The position numbers and the translations under genes were made by a program. Below are positions 18,501-33,516 of a stretch of 64,000 bases of DNA, one piece after another (position 1 is the stretch's first letter; each line of letters opens with the position of its first letter). The stretch comes from Polyangiales bacterium (GTDB lineage Bacteria > Myxococcota_A > Polyangia > Polyangiales > Polyangiaceae): assembly GCA_038231275.1 (NCBI GenBank), contig JBBRLQ010000008.1:160001-224000 (forward strand), in the 5' to 3' direction. Below the pieces are notes generated by a model. That model was not told where the DNA came from and ran no database searches. It was given only the letters and a program-made list of their open reading frames with translations.

Positions 18501-19228
18501 ACGCGCTGAAGAGCCGCATCCACGAGCTCGCCCAGCTCATCGAGCGCATGGGCAGCGTCAACCTCGACGCGATGCGCGAGCACGAGGAGGCCGAGAAGCG
18601 CTACGCCTTCTACACCGAGCAGAAGGCCGATCTCGACAAGGCGCTCGCGGACCTGACGCGCGCCATCCAGCAGATGAACAAGGAGTCGAAGAAGCTCTTC
18701 GAGGAGACCTTCGAGCAGGTCAACCTCAAGTTCCAGGAGATCTTCCCACGCATGTTCCGCGGCGGGCGCGCGTCGCTCCGCCTCACGAACCCCGAGGACA
18801 TGCTGGAGACCGGCATCGACATCCTCGCCCAGCCGCCTGGCAAGAAGCTCAGCTCGATCGAGCTCATGAGCGGCGGTGAGAAGGCGCTCACCGCGGTCAG
18901 CCTCATCTTCGCCATCTTCCAGATCAAGCCCTCGCCGTTCTGCATCCTGGACGAGGTCGACGCCCCGCTCGACGAGGCGAATGTTGCAAGATACAACGAG
19001 TTGGTACGGTCGATGACCGATCGCTCGCAGTTCATCCTCATCACGCACATCAAGCGCACCATGCAGATGGTCGACGTGCTCTACGGCGTAACGATGCAGG
19101 AGTCGGGCGTGTCGCGTCTCGTCAGCGTGAAGCTGAACGAGGCGGCGGAGAAGAGGAAGCCGGCCCCCGCGATCGCCGCGCCGCCCCCGCCCGTCGAGGC
19201 CGCCGAGGCCGAGGTCGCGGTCGCCTGA
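15599..19228 (+). CDS. smc: Chromosome segregation protein SMC
   Basis: GFKSF, Walker A GPNGCGKSN, long coiled coils around a hinge, MSGGEKAL, ILDEVDAPLD. Confidence 0.98.
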   Translation: MKIKKLELVGFKSFVDKTVIHFDHDVLGIVGPNGCGKSNIVDAIRWCMGEQSAKHLRGRSMEDVIFSGSDTRAGNEFAEVTLTFENDTGDVPVEYRDYPEIAVTRRLNRSGDSDYLINKTPVRLKDVTDLFLGTGAGTKAYSIVEQGKIGLIVTAKPEDRRLLIEEAAGITKFKSKKKQAERKMEMTTQNLLRVGDIIAEIERNLGSLKRQAAKAERYVSYRSELEDLQLHEASHRYLELIGWTKLYDGEVGRLTMESDQARSDLAAREAELETVRLDAHVAEDALEQAQNAHFGAENEVRAEEAQLARAQDKIQAIRVREEAATLEVREIEEQRRVLVAEQEGVRGQVVILEEDEAHQAESQAACEARFSELHGEHERASQHAFELRQALGKANSDIAACEAKLAGFERRRNEMQTRLEKLEAEREDLVTGEIELVAKGEQLGRDVEDLRAGKVMSAEEKQRLEEMLGVLRVEILASEKALDEAKGELTRKRSRLHALSEMQARLEGVGVGVKALVATKDDTLCGLVADRVEAPQHLTPALAGLLGARLQDVVVKDLDRGLDLLDRLAVEKRGRAAVIPLHPHYVAGKHGVLPSLEGVVCKLVEHLRYAPEDESLVHALVGDAIVVRDVHTAREVRAVLHDACIVTLDGTVLFTDGRIAGGTGEELAAGMLESKRETRELGEEVERLDLLVTERLGVHQALRGKIAETQGALDHARQAAHQGELALVHAEKDLRSTEAQLEAVRKRLGALAAESEELGMALGEAGAERDDAQRVLDEARGILSEVTGKVGEAESIANAWREQVDEQRQRVVEQKVHVAGTREKLTAARGTLTRLQRSTDELGERARRLDDELETGARTLGETAALMVAHKEKLGLALDAAHAAEVVLAETRTTFDKHRTDLSEREAGLKDLRTRAEEAREALTANEMALREKTIALQHLLETVAERFRGLRLARVVGDYHLRQAPDDALKSRIHELAQLIERMGSVNLDAMREHEEAEKRYAFYTEQKADLDKALADLTRAIQQMNKESKKLFEETFEQVNLKFQEIFPRMFRGGRASLRLTNPEDMLETGIDILAQPPGKKLSSIELMSGGEKALTAVSLIFAIFQIKPSPFCILDEVDAPLDEANVARYNELVRSMTDRSQFILITHIKRTMQMVDVLYGVTMQESGVSRLVSVKLNEAAEKRKPAPAIAAPPPPVEAAEAEVAVA

Positions 19229-19257
19229 GCGCTCGCCACGAGAGGGCCGCGCTGCCG

Positions 19258-19743
19258 TTGGCGCTCATTTTGCTGGCGGGATGCGGCACGGAGCGCGTCT
19301 ACTTCCACGTTCGCGATCCCGCGCGAGTCACGCTGGAGGCGGACACGCCGGAGGGCACCGTCGTCATCCTCGGAGCGGGCGCGACGCAGGAGACGCGCGG
19401 CTTTCGCAGCGTGACGTTGCCGTACACCGAGGGGACGAACCCGATCTCCCCCGCATCGGCGGAGCGGATCGCCGGGGGCGCGATTGCGGTCTTCGGCAAG
19501 GAGATCCTCTCGCGCCGCGGTGAGCTGAAGGCGGCGAGGCGCTACGGGGACGCATGCTCGCTGCCGGGCGCCGCGACCAGCGATGCGCCGGTCGTCTCGG
19601 CCGAGAGCGTGCGGATCCGCTTTTGCACTGCGCCGTGGAAACGTCCCTGCGTCAGCGTCACGCTGGTCACGCCGCGCGACAACGTCGTTGAGCTCGTCGG
19701 ACCCACGCGCAGTGTGCCGTCGGCGACGTTCTGCACGCCATGA
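19258..19743 (+). CDS. Hypothetical lipoprotein
   Basis: LILLAGC lipobox; start codon uncertain. Confidence 0.55.
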   Translation: MALILLAGCGTERVYFHVRDPARVTLEADTPEGTVVILGAGATQETRGFRSVTLPYTEGTNPISPASAERIAGGAIAVFGKEILSRRGELKAARRYGDACSLPGAATSDAPVVSAESVRIRFCTAPWKRPCVSVTLVTPRDNVVELVGPTRSVPSATFCTP

Positions 19744-19762
19744 GGCATGGTAGCTTGAACGT

Positions 19763-20995
19763 GTGATCGCACGTGCGCGCGCCGCCGCGCTCCTCGCCGC
19801 GTTCGGCGCGGTGGGGGGATGCGGAGCGCTCCTGAACCTCTCCGATGTCGGCTACGGGGACGCCGATGGAGGCCTCGACGGCTCCACCGCGGACACGCCA
19901 CGCGCCGACGCGACGTTCGCCGACGGAGAGGGCGCGGACGCCGCCGCGAGCGACGTGGCGCGGCTCGACGGCGCCTGCGCGACACCTCCCGATCTGTCCG
20001 CCGACTGCGGCGCTGGCCTCCTTCGCTGCGAGCCGGCCGGCGACTGCGTGTACTCGGCCGCGACCGATCGCAACCATTGCGGCGTCTGCGAGCGCGCGTG
20101 CGACGGTACGTGCGCCAAAGGGACGTGCGCGCAGATTCCGATCGCGGGCAGCGGCGGCGCGGTGGCAAATATTCGCGCCGTCGCGCTCGACGCCGTCTGG
20201 GGCTACTGGCTCGTGGACGGTCAGGCCTACCGGCAGGCCGTCGACGCCGGCGGCGCATCCGACGCGATCACCGGCCAGTACGCCGGGCTCTGGGATCTCG
20301 TCGTCGACACCGACGGCCGCTTCTACCACGTGAGCACAGGGGGCTTCGAGCGCAGCGGCGGTGGCGGAGGCGCAGAGCACCTCCGCGACATCGCAGGGTC
20401 TCCCGGTGCGCGTCTCGTCCTCGACGACGCGCGCGCGTATTGGACCGAGGGCGTCGACGGCGGCGGCGACATCGGCTCGGCGCTCAAGGACGGTGGAGGC
20501 TACGTGTCGTTGGCCTCGGGACAGGTCGCGCCGGACGACATCGTCCTGGTTCACCCCGGTCAGGTCGTCTTCGCGAGCCGCGCCGCGGGCACGATCCAGG
20601 TCGCGGATCTCGCGTTGCCCGGCAGCCCTACGACACGCATCCAATCGCTCGTCCGGCTGCGCGCGGTCGTCGGGCGCGACGGCTGGGGCTACTACCTCGC
20701 CGGCGCCGATGACGGCGGCACCGATTTCGAGATCTGGCGCTTCGATCTCACGACGTTTGCCCGCTCCAAGATCGCGGGCGGCCTCGACGACGCCGACAAC
20801 CTCGCGGTCGACGACACGTTCGTCTACGCCTCGACCCGCCTGGACGGCGGCTTCGCGATCTACCGGGTCCCGAAGTGCGGCGGCGCGCCCTCGCTCGTCA
20901 CAGGTGGCGTGACCTTCGCGCCGAGCGGCGTCGTGGTCTCGAGCAAGCACCTCGCGTGGGTCGACGGCACCACGCTCGTTCAGACCACGAAATAA
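19763..20995 (+). CDS. Secreted/lipoprotein with Cys-rich segment and probable beta-propeller repeats
   Basis: Signal peptide with Cys, DA-rich linker, DRNHCGVCERAC, repeats of the LAVDDTFVY / LVLDDARAYW type. Confidence 0.75.
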   Translation: MIARARAAALLAAFGAVGGCGALLNLSDVGYGDADGGLDGSTADTPRADATFADGEGADAAASDVARLDGACATPPDLSADCGAGLLRCEPAGDCVYSAATDRNHCGVCERACDGTCAKGTCAQIPIAGSGGAVANIRAVALDAVWGYWLVDGQAYRQAVDAGGASDAITGQYAGLWDLVVDTDGRFYHVSTGGFERSGGGGGAEHLRDIAGSPGARLVLDDARAYWTEGVDGGGDIGSALKDGGGYVSLASGQVAPDDIVLVHPGQVVFASRAAGTIQVADLALPGSPTTRIQSLVRLRAVVGRDGWGYYLAGADDGGTDFEIWRFDLTTFARSKIAGGLDDADNLAVDDTFVYASTRLDGGFAIYRVPKCGGAPSLVTGGVTFAPSGVVVSSKHLAWVDGTTLVQTTK

Positions 20996-21020
20996 TTGGA
21001 AGGCACCGGGTCGCCGAAGA

Positions 21021-22125
21021 TCACGACGACGGCGCGAGGACGATGCGGTCGCGCCCTTGACGCTTCGCCTCGTACATCGCGAGATCGGCGCGGAGCTCCA
21101 GGCCCTCCGCGGTCTCCTTGCCGTCCCAGTTGGCGACGCCGATACTCGCGGTCTGCACCACCTTCACCCCGGGCGCGACCTCGAAGGGATCGGCGTCGAG
21201 CGCCTCCTTGATGCGCGCGGCGGTGGCGAGGCCCTGCTGGTCGTCGCTGACCGCCGGCATGATGAGCACGAACTCCTCGCCGCCGCGCCGGATGAGGACG
21301 TCCGGTTTCCGGACCTTCGCGCGCACGCGATCGGCGAAGAGGCGCAGGATGCGATCGCCGAACGCGTGGCCGTGCGCGTCGTTCACCTGCTTGAAGTGAT
21401 CGAGGTCCAGGAGAAGGATGCACACCGACCCCTTCGACCTTCGCGCGCGCTCGATCTCTTCGTTGAGGCGCGGCACCAGGTACCGGTGGTTGTACGCGAG
21501 CGTCATGTCGTCGTAGAGGGCGAGGCGCTTGAGGCGCGCGCGCTCGACGGGCGGCACCGAGCAGTTCGCGAGCAGCCGCACGAGGAGCTGCTGGTACGGC
21601 CCGAACGCGTTCGCTTGCGGCGACGAGACGCTGATGACGCCAATGACCTCCCCGCTCGACCACATCGGCTCTGCCACCATCGAGGTGAGGACGAAGCCCT
21701 GGCCGCTCAAGACGACGAAGCGATCGTCGGTGTTCACGTCGTCGATGAGCGCGCCTTCGCCGTTCTCGACGACCCAACCGATGATCCCCTCGCCGCTCTT
21801 GAAGGCCAGCGGTCTCTCCCCCTGTGCGCTGCCCGACCGCGCGCCCGCAAGGAGCGACTGCCGAGAGCCGTCGAGGAGCCTTATCGACGCGTGATCGGCG
21901 CCCACGAGGTGCACCGCCGCTTGGGTGACGAGCTGAAGCGACTCCTCGAGGGGGCGCTCGATGGTCAGCTCCTTCGTCAGATCGAGGAGCACCTCGATCA
22001 TGCGACGCGGGTCGGTGGAGATGGGAGGGATCGCCAAGAGGACCTGGTGATGTTTACTCTGCCGCGACTCGCGCGTGTGCGCCAAAATCACGGGCGCCGA
22101 GGGGGCGGCGCCGGCGGCGGACCGG

Positions 22126-22139
<14 letters not shown>
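21021..22139 (-). CDS. GAF-GGDEF diguanylate cyclase
   Basis: GAF-like GEGIIGWVVENG; DLDHFKQVNDAHGHAFGD; RKPD I-site; GGEEF active site; alternative ATG start at 22001. Confidence 0.92.
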
Positions 22140-25321
<3,182 letters not shown>

Positions 25322-25323
<2 letters not shown>

Positions 25324-25347
25324 ATACTGAACATAGTATCAGTATAT
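25322..25347. promoter_or_regulatory. LexA (SOS) box overlapping the dnaE2 promoter and start
   Basis: ATATACTGA-N8-TCAGTATAT perfect inverted repeat (TACTG-N10-CAGTA); near-identical copy at imuA. Confidence 0.88.
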
Positions 25348-25611
25348 ACCTGGCTGGCAAGGACCCTGCTCTTGCCGGCTTTCAAGTGCTCGCTGACGGC
25401 GAGCACCATTGTCACGCTGTCGTTCAGCTACGCCAGCGAGCGACCGCGGACAAGACCGCCACGAAGCCCACCCGCGTCCTTCGTTCGATTTCTGCTCAGT
25501 TGATGCGCGGCACAGCCTGCGCGACGCGGAACGTGCGCCCCTTGTAGCGGAGTCGACTTGTCGCCGGGAGTTGCACTACGTTCAGTGGGCCGTCGCGGCG
25601 GTGGAGCCCCC

Positions 25612-26655
25612 ATGATCGAGCGCCTCGATATTGAAAACTACGGCTGCATTCGGAAGGCCTCGATTGGGCTGACACCGCTGCACGCCTTCATTGGACCGAA
25701 CGACAGCGGCAAGAGCACGATCCTCCACGCGGTGCAGCTGATTGGGACATCGCTCGTCAACCCCGACACTGCGCGGGCCGCAGAGCTGGCGCTCCAGAAA
25801 AGCGCGGAGCGTGGCATGTCGGCCGTAACGGCATTCTCCGCTGACGGCTACATGCGTCGACAAACCGGCGCGCAGCCGATCATCGAAATGGCGTTCGGAA
25901 CGCCCTCGGCAAAGGTGACTCCCCTCACCCATGGGAGCTATAACGCCCGACATCTAGCCAGTGTCCCGAGCCATAGGTCAATAGCGCATGCCCTGGCCGG
26001 CGCCCACCTCGTGCGTTTCGAACCGGACAAGCTGCGATCGCCGACTCGGCTCTTGTCGGACTTCGAGCCCGTCGGCTTCTTCGACGAGAAAGGCGAAGGG
26101 CTCGCCGCTGTCTACGACGCGCTCGTCAACCGGGACGTTCAATCGTTTCTGAAGATCACGGAAGCGGTAAAGAAGCTCTTCCCGCACGTGAAGTCCGTTC
26201 GGCTGAAGAACCCCGATCATCAAACAAAGGCCATGGCGATCGAGCTCGCGAACGGCGAGGAGATTTCCGCAGAGCTGATGAGCGAGGGCTTGCTCTACTA
26301 CCTCGCGTTCGCCGTGCTTCCGTATATCCAGCCGTCCGCGGTCATCCTCGTGGAGGAGCCCGAAAATGGACTCCATCCTGCGCGCATCGCGGAGGTGATG
26401 GATACGCTCCGCGAAACTTCAAAGGCGACCCAGATCCTCATCGCGACCCACAGCCCGCTCGTCGTCAACGAGATGAAGCCCGAAGAGGTGTCGGTGGTCA
26501 CGCGCACTGTGGCCGCGGGCACCAAGGTGACACGGCTGAGCGACACTCCGAACTTCGCAGACCGGGCGAAGGTTTACGCCCCCGGCGAGCTTTGGATCAG
26601 CTACGCGAATGGAAGCGACGAGGCCCCGCTCCTCGACGGCACGGCACGCCCATGA
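25612..26655 (+). CDS. ABC-type (AAA_21-like) ATPase
   Basis: MIERLDIENY, Walker A GPNDSGKS, signature-like MSEG, Walker B ILVEEPENGLHP, H-loop ATHSP; no TM partner nearby. Confidence 0.9.
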   Translation: MIERLDIENYGCIRKASIGLTPLHAFIGPNDSGKSTILHAVQLIGTSLVNPDTARAAELALQKSAERGMSAVTAFSADGYMRRQTGAQPIIEMAFGTPSAKVTPLTHGSYNARHLASVPSHRSIAHALAGAHLVRFEPDKLRSPTRLLSDFEPVGFFDEKGEGLAAVYDALVNRDVQSFLKITEAVKKLFPHVKSVRLKNPDHQTKAMAIELANGEEISAELMSEGLLYYLAFAVLPYIQPSAVILVEEPENGLHPARIAEVMDTLRETSKATQILIATHSPLVVNEMKPEEVSVVTRTVAAGTKVTRLSDTPNFADRAKVYAPGELWISYANGSDEAPLLDGTARP

Positions 26656-27272
26656 CCGAGGCATCGCTCTTTTTCGCCGGCGAAGGTCGGTGCGAGCTTG
26701 GGAGCTTCTCAGGGCACCCCGCTTACCAAGCGCCAGGAGAGCCGGGGGTGCTCGAGGCGCTGATTCGCAGGCACATACAAGCGACAGGCTGGCGGATCGC
26801 GGGCGCCGTCGAGTGGAAAAACATCCGAAAGCTCAACCCCAAAAACAAGGCGTCGCCCGAGGCGCGCAATGTTCTCGGCGCAGTGCTCGATGCGCGAGAG
26901 TCCGCGTGCGCAGCGCTCGTGTTCTCGCGCGACACTGACGGCGACGAGTTGCGAGCCATTGCGATTCAAGACGGGATCGCCATGGCAGAGAGTCTGTTTC
27001 CCGAGGTGAAAATCGTGGGCGGCGTTGCGCGTCAGAAGCTCGAAGCGTGGCTTCTCGCCTTGTTGAAGGTTCGGCGAACGGAGAGCATGACCTCTCCCGA
27101 GAAGGAGTTGGAGCTGAAGGGCGTGCCCTTGAAGAGTGTCCGGAAGATGGTTGAAGTCGTCGAGCTATCCGGCGCGCCAGCAGATGATGCTCGCTCATTG
27201 ATCGAGTGGCTGGAGCGCGCTTCTCGGTTCATTCCGCCGTTGTGCGCTGCGACCGGCGTTGAGTCGCAGTGA
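26652..27272 (+). CDS. TOPRIM-like protein (DUF4276/RloB-like), partner of the ATPase
   Basis: FFAGEGRCE, VFSRDTDGD (DxD), KLEAWLL; ATGA overlap with the ATPase stop. Confidence 0.7.
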   Translation: MTEASLFFAGEGRCELGSFSGHPAYQAPGEPGVLEALIRRHIQATGWRIAGAVEWKNIRKLNPKNKASPEARNVLGAVLDARESACAALVFSRDTDGDELRAIAIQDGIAMAESLFPEVKIVGGVARQKLEAWLLALLKVRRTESMTSPEKELELKGVPLKSVRKMVEVVELSGAPADDARSLIEWLERASRFIPPLCAATGVESQ

Positions 27273-27332
27273 CCGCGTTCGTCAAGTGACAGCTGTGGTC
27301 CGGCGAAGTAGAGCGCGCGCCGATGCGAGCTC

Positions 27333-27854
27333 TCACTGCCTCGTGTACGTCGTCTCGCGGTTCTTCTTTGCGTCGAACAAGGTGATCGTCGTCGGCGTCG
27401 CCGTGTAGGTCAGCGCCTTCGTTTCGCCGAGGGAGGTCGCCGGGCAGCGGAACGAGAGCGTGAGCGCGCTGCCGTCGACGTCGATCACGGCGGTAGCGGT
27501 GGTGTCGACGACGGCGTCGGTCTGGTGAACCACCATCATGCTCCCCGCGAGGATGAACGCGTCGCGTGACGTCCGCACGACCGCACCGGAACCGCCCGCG
27601 TAGAGCTTGCTCTCTGTCGCGTAGTACGCGCCGTCGACGAGCATCCCACCTGTCCCCGTCGGCATGGTCCCAATCGTCGCCCGGTCGGTGATCTGCGGCG
27701 CGCCGTTCGCGAACGTCGTGCACGCGACGCTGGCGCCGCCGTCGGATCCGTCGTCGGCGCGGGTCGGCGAGGCCGTGGAGAGGGCGCAGCCCCCGGACGA
27801 TAAGACGAGGGACGCGAGGATTCGAAGGGCGTCGACCGTGTCGAGCTTGTTCAT
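27333..27854 (-). CDS. Hypothetical secreted/lipoprotein
   Basis: Hydrophobic N-terminus with SGGC; PTGTGGMLVDGAYYAT motif shared with 34288-34911; start uncertain. Confidence 0.65.
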   Translation of the reverse strand: MNKLDTVDALRILASLVLSSGGCALSTASPTRADDGSDGGASVACTTFANGAPQITDRATIGTMPTGTGGMLVDGAYYATESKLYAGGSGAVVRTSRDAFILAGSMMVVHQTDAVVDTTATAVIDVDGSALTLSFRCPATSLGETKALTYTATPTTITLFDAKKNRETTYTRQ

Positions 27855-28011
27855 GAGGAGGGCGATCGCGAGAAGCATGCCGTGCCCTCCCCCATTTCCG
27901 ACGCGCGCAAGTCTGCCATTTCTCGCGCGATCATGGACGAGTGCCCGATCCTTCGGACACCACTGTCCGGCACGGCGGACGCGCGCGGCCGTTGGCGTAT
28001 GCTCTCGCGCG

Positions 28012-28863
28012 ATGGAGTCTCCTCTCGTGTTTCCTCTCGTCTCGCCCGAACAGCTGCGCGATCGCGTCGCCAAGATCGTCCTCCTCGACGCGCGGCCAGG
28101 GCCCGACGCCTACGCCGCGGGGCATCTCGTAGGCGCGATCCACGCCGATCTCGATCGCGATCTCTCCACCGCGAAGCGCGAGGGCCACGATCCTGCCCGC
28201 GGCGGTCGACACCCGCTGCCTACGGCGGCGGACTTCGCGCGGCAGCTCGGGGCGTGGGGCATTCGCGAAGACGACGACGTCGTCGTGTACGACGGGGCTG
28301 GCGGCGCCAACGCGGCCACGCGGCTGTGGTGGATGCTCCGGTCGCTTGGGCACGCGCGCGTGCAAGTCCTCGACGGCGGCTTCGCGGCCGCGCTGGCCGC
28401 GGGTCTCGCGCAGGAGCAGGCCGCGCCGAAGATCACGAAGGCTCCGGATCATCCGCAGCACGGTTGGACGTGGCCCACCGCCGACGCCGACGCCATCGAG
28501 GCCCGGCGCACGTCGAACGCGGCGACCGTGCTCGACGTCCGAAGCGGCGAGCGATTCCGCGGCGAGACCGAACCGTTCGATCCGATCGCCGGCCACATCC
28601 CTGGCGCGAAGAACCTCCCGTTCGCAGAGAACCTCGGCAAGGACGGGCGCTTCAAGTCCCCCGCCGAGCTACGTGCCATGTACGAAGGCCTCCTCGCCGG
28701 CGCGGCGCCGTCGAGCCTGACGGTGCACTGCGGGAGCGGCGTCACCGCGTGCCACACGCTCCTCGCGCTCGAGATCGCCGGGCTCTCCGGCGCCGCGCTC
28801 TACGTCGGCAGCTGGAGCGAGTGGTGCCGGAGCACGCGCCCGCAGGCGAAGGGGCCGGCCTGA
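28012..28863 (+). CDS. Two-domain rhodanese / 3-mercaptopyruvate sulfurtransferase (SseA-like)
   Basis: GGRHPLP, RLWWML, GHIPGA, active-site HCGSGVTAC, YVGSWSEW. Confidence 0.93.
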   Translation: MESPLVFPLVSPEQLRDRVAKIVLLDARPGPDAYAAGHLVGAIHADLDRDLSTAKREGHDPARGGRHPLPTAADFARQLGAWGIREDDDVVVYDGAGGANAATRLWWMLRSLGHARVQVLDGGFAAALAAGLAQEQAAPKITKAPDHPQHGWTWPTADADAIEARRTSNAATVLDVRSGERFRGETEPFDPIAGHIPGAKNLPFAENLGKDGRFKSPAELRAMYEGLLAGAAPSSLTVHCGSGVTACHTLLALEIAGLSGAALYVGSWSEWCRSTRPQAKGPA

Positions 28864-29042
28864 CGAGTTGAATGCGCGGGCGCGTTCGTGCGCTCGTCTT
28901 CATGGGGCACCGCCTCGCCGGAGCTGATCCACCTTTTCGCCGTCACGGTCGCGCTGCGCATGGACGCAGCGCATGCGGAATGCCGCGGGTGCGCGCTCCT
29001 TCGGGTTCCCCTTTTCATCGCCTGGTAATGGCGCTAGGTTCC

Positions 29043-29068
29043 TATTCAAGAATAATTCCAAGATAAGA

Positions 29069-29079
<11 letters not shown>
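29043..29079. promoter_or_regulatory. Putative Fur/Per-type operator
   Basis: AT-rich island TATTCAAGAATAATTCCAAGATAAGAATGAT with repeated AAGAAT(A/G)AT at the start of the Fur-family gene. Confidence 0.5.
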
Positions 29080-31878
<2,799 letters not shown>

Positions 31879-31902
31879 ACGTCGCTCGCACGTGGTGCGA
31901 GC

Positions 31903-33516
31903 TCAATCCACCCACCCGCGCAGCGACGCGATCGGCTCGGTCGTGAGCCCGGTCGCGGTCGCGGTCGCGTCAGGCCCCGTGCGTGCGATCTCCACCCACG
32001 CCGTCGCGCCTGCCGCCTCCAGCCACGCGTGACCGTAGTCGGTTCGCGCGAACCCCTTCTTCCACCACTCGATCGCTTCGAGGCGGCGCGTGATCGTGAC
32101 GCGCGGAGACGACGCGAGGGGCTTTCGCTGCGCGAGGATGCGCGTCGGCTCGACCGACCCGCGCTCCATGTGCTGGAGCGACGCGAGGCGCGGTGATTTT
32201 TCCGCGCGCGCGCCGTACGGAAGGAGCACCGCGCGATCGAGCGGCGACCAGCGGTTCGTGAGCGCGAGCTGGCCCACCGTACCCTCCCCCAGCTCCGCCA
32301 CGAGCTCGGCGACGAGGCGCGGGAGCGCGCGCTCGGCCTTCGCTTCGGGGACGAACAGATCGAGCGCCTGCGCGCCGCGCGGGGCGAGCTCCGGAGCGCG
32401 GAGGGCGGCGCCGAGCACCGGAGCGTCGACCGTGAACGACTCGAGCTTCGCGCGCAGCACGGCGAGGAGCTCGTCCTCGTGCACGAGCGGCACCGGGAGC
32501 GCGACGGCGATCGTGCGCACCGGCGGCCCCTCTTTTACGAGCGCGCGATCGAGCTTGAGGACGAGCTCGATGCGCGTGGCCCCTACCCCGCGACCTTCGA
32601 GGCGCGCGGCGAGCTGCGTCGACAGGCGCTTGGCGACGAAGACGAGCGCGTCGGTGCTCGTCACGCCGTACTCGAGATCGACCTTCTCCTCCGGCACCTC
32701 GGGCGGTACGTACGGAGTCAGCGGCGCGCGATCGTCTCCGCGAAGGAGCTCCAGCACCTCCGCCGCGTTCGGGCCCAGACGAACGCCGAGCCCTGCGCGC
32801 GGGAGGGCTTGCACGTCTCCCACCTTGCGGAGGCCGGTGCTCGTGAGCCAGCGGAGCGTCTCGTCGTCGAGAGGGAGCGCCGACACCGGCAGCGGGGCCA
32901 TCGCGCGCGCGCCATCACCGGGCGCCGCGCGCGTCACGTCCACGCGCGAATACCAGGCGATTTGCGCGGCGATGCGCGGACCGTCCGCCACCCCGACGCG
33001 GCACGCGTGACCGAGCGCGCGCACGCGCGACAGGAGCGCGTTCGCCAGCGCTTCTTCGCCGCCGTGCAGGTGCGCGCACCCCGTCACGTCGACCCACACG
33101 CACGTGTCTTGTTTGGCGTCTTGTTTCGACCACGCTCGAGAAGCTCGAGACGCGCCGTCTTGCGCGGACATCGACGTCGTCGCGCCGAACGCGAGGAGCG
33201 CCTCCGCGAGACGCGCCAGCGCCGCGGCCACAGCCCCTTCGTGCACCACGCGCACCGACAGGCTCGCGGCGCGCGCGCGGGCGGCGGCGATCGTGCTTCC
33301 TGATCGGACGCCTTGCGCGTACGCCTCCGGCGACACCTCGTCGAGCTTCGTGTTGCCGAGGAGCGAGCGCTCGTCCTTCACCGCCCCGCCCGGCCGCGCG
33401 ACGACGAGCGCGATGACCCCGTCACCCCCTGCGAGCGACGCGTCCGCCTCGCGCGCGATCTCGAGGCGGACGCGCGGAAGGACCACGGCGAGGATGCGGC
33501 GAGCGCGCGCGATCAT
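31903..33516 (-). CDS. imuB: ImuB, Y-family polymerase-like mutasome component
   Basis: VWVDVTGCAHLHGGEEAL, VGVADGP, LPVSALPL, GLRKVGDVQALPR; ATGA overlap with imuA; start MIARARR at 33516. Confidence 0.9.
   Translation of the reverse strand: MIARARRILAVVLPRVRLEIAREADASLAGGDGVIALVVARPGGAVKDERSLLGNTKLDEVSPEAYAQGVRSGSTIAAARARAASLSVRVVHEGAVAAALARLAEALLAFGATTSMSAQDGASRASRAWSKQDAKQDTCVWVDVTGCAHLHGGEEALANALLSRVRALGHACRVGVADGPRIAAQIAWYSRVDVTRAAPGDGARAMAPLPVSALPLDDETLRWLTSTGLRKVGDVQALPRAGLGVRLGPNAAEVLELLRGDDRAPLTPYVPPEVPEEKVDLEYGVTSTDALVFVAKRLSTQLAARLEGRGVGATRIELVLKLDRALVKEGPPVRTIAVALPVPLVHEDELLAVLRAKLESFTVDAPVLGAALRAPELAPRGAQALDLFVPEAKAERALPRLVAELVAELGEGTVGQLALTNRWSPLDRAVLLPYGARAEKSPRLASLQHMERGSVEPTRILAQRKPLASSPRVTITRRLEAIEWWKKGFARTDYGHAWLEAAGATAWVEIARTGPDATATATGLTTEPIASLRGWVD

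Noticed and set aside
19743..19762. Sigma54-like GGCATG...TTGAA upstream of 19763
   Set aside because: Spacing is off by one and the -12 GC is missing
25565..25590. Possible third LexA box (…CTACGTTCAGT) before the ATPase
   Set aside because: Only the GTTCAG half is present; there is no CTG at the N10 distance
25350..27272. Retron, Septu or Gabija assignment for the ATPase pair
   Set aside because: No reverse transcriptase, HNH nuclease or UvrD helicase gene adjacent
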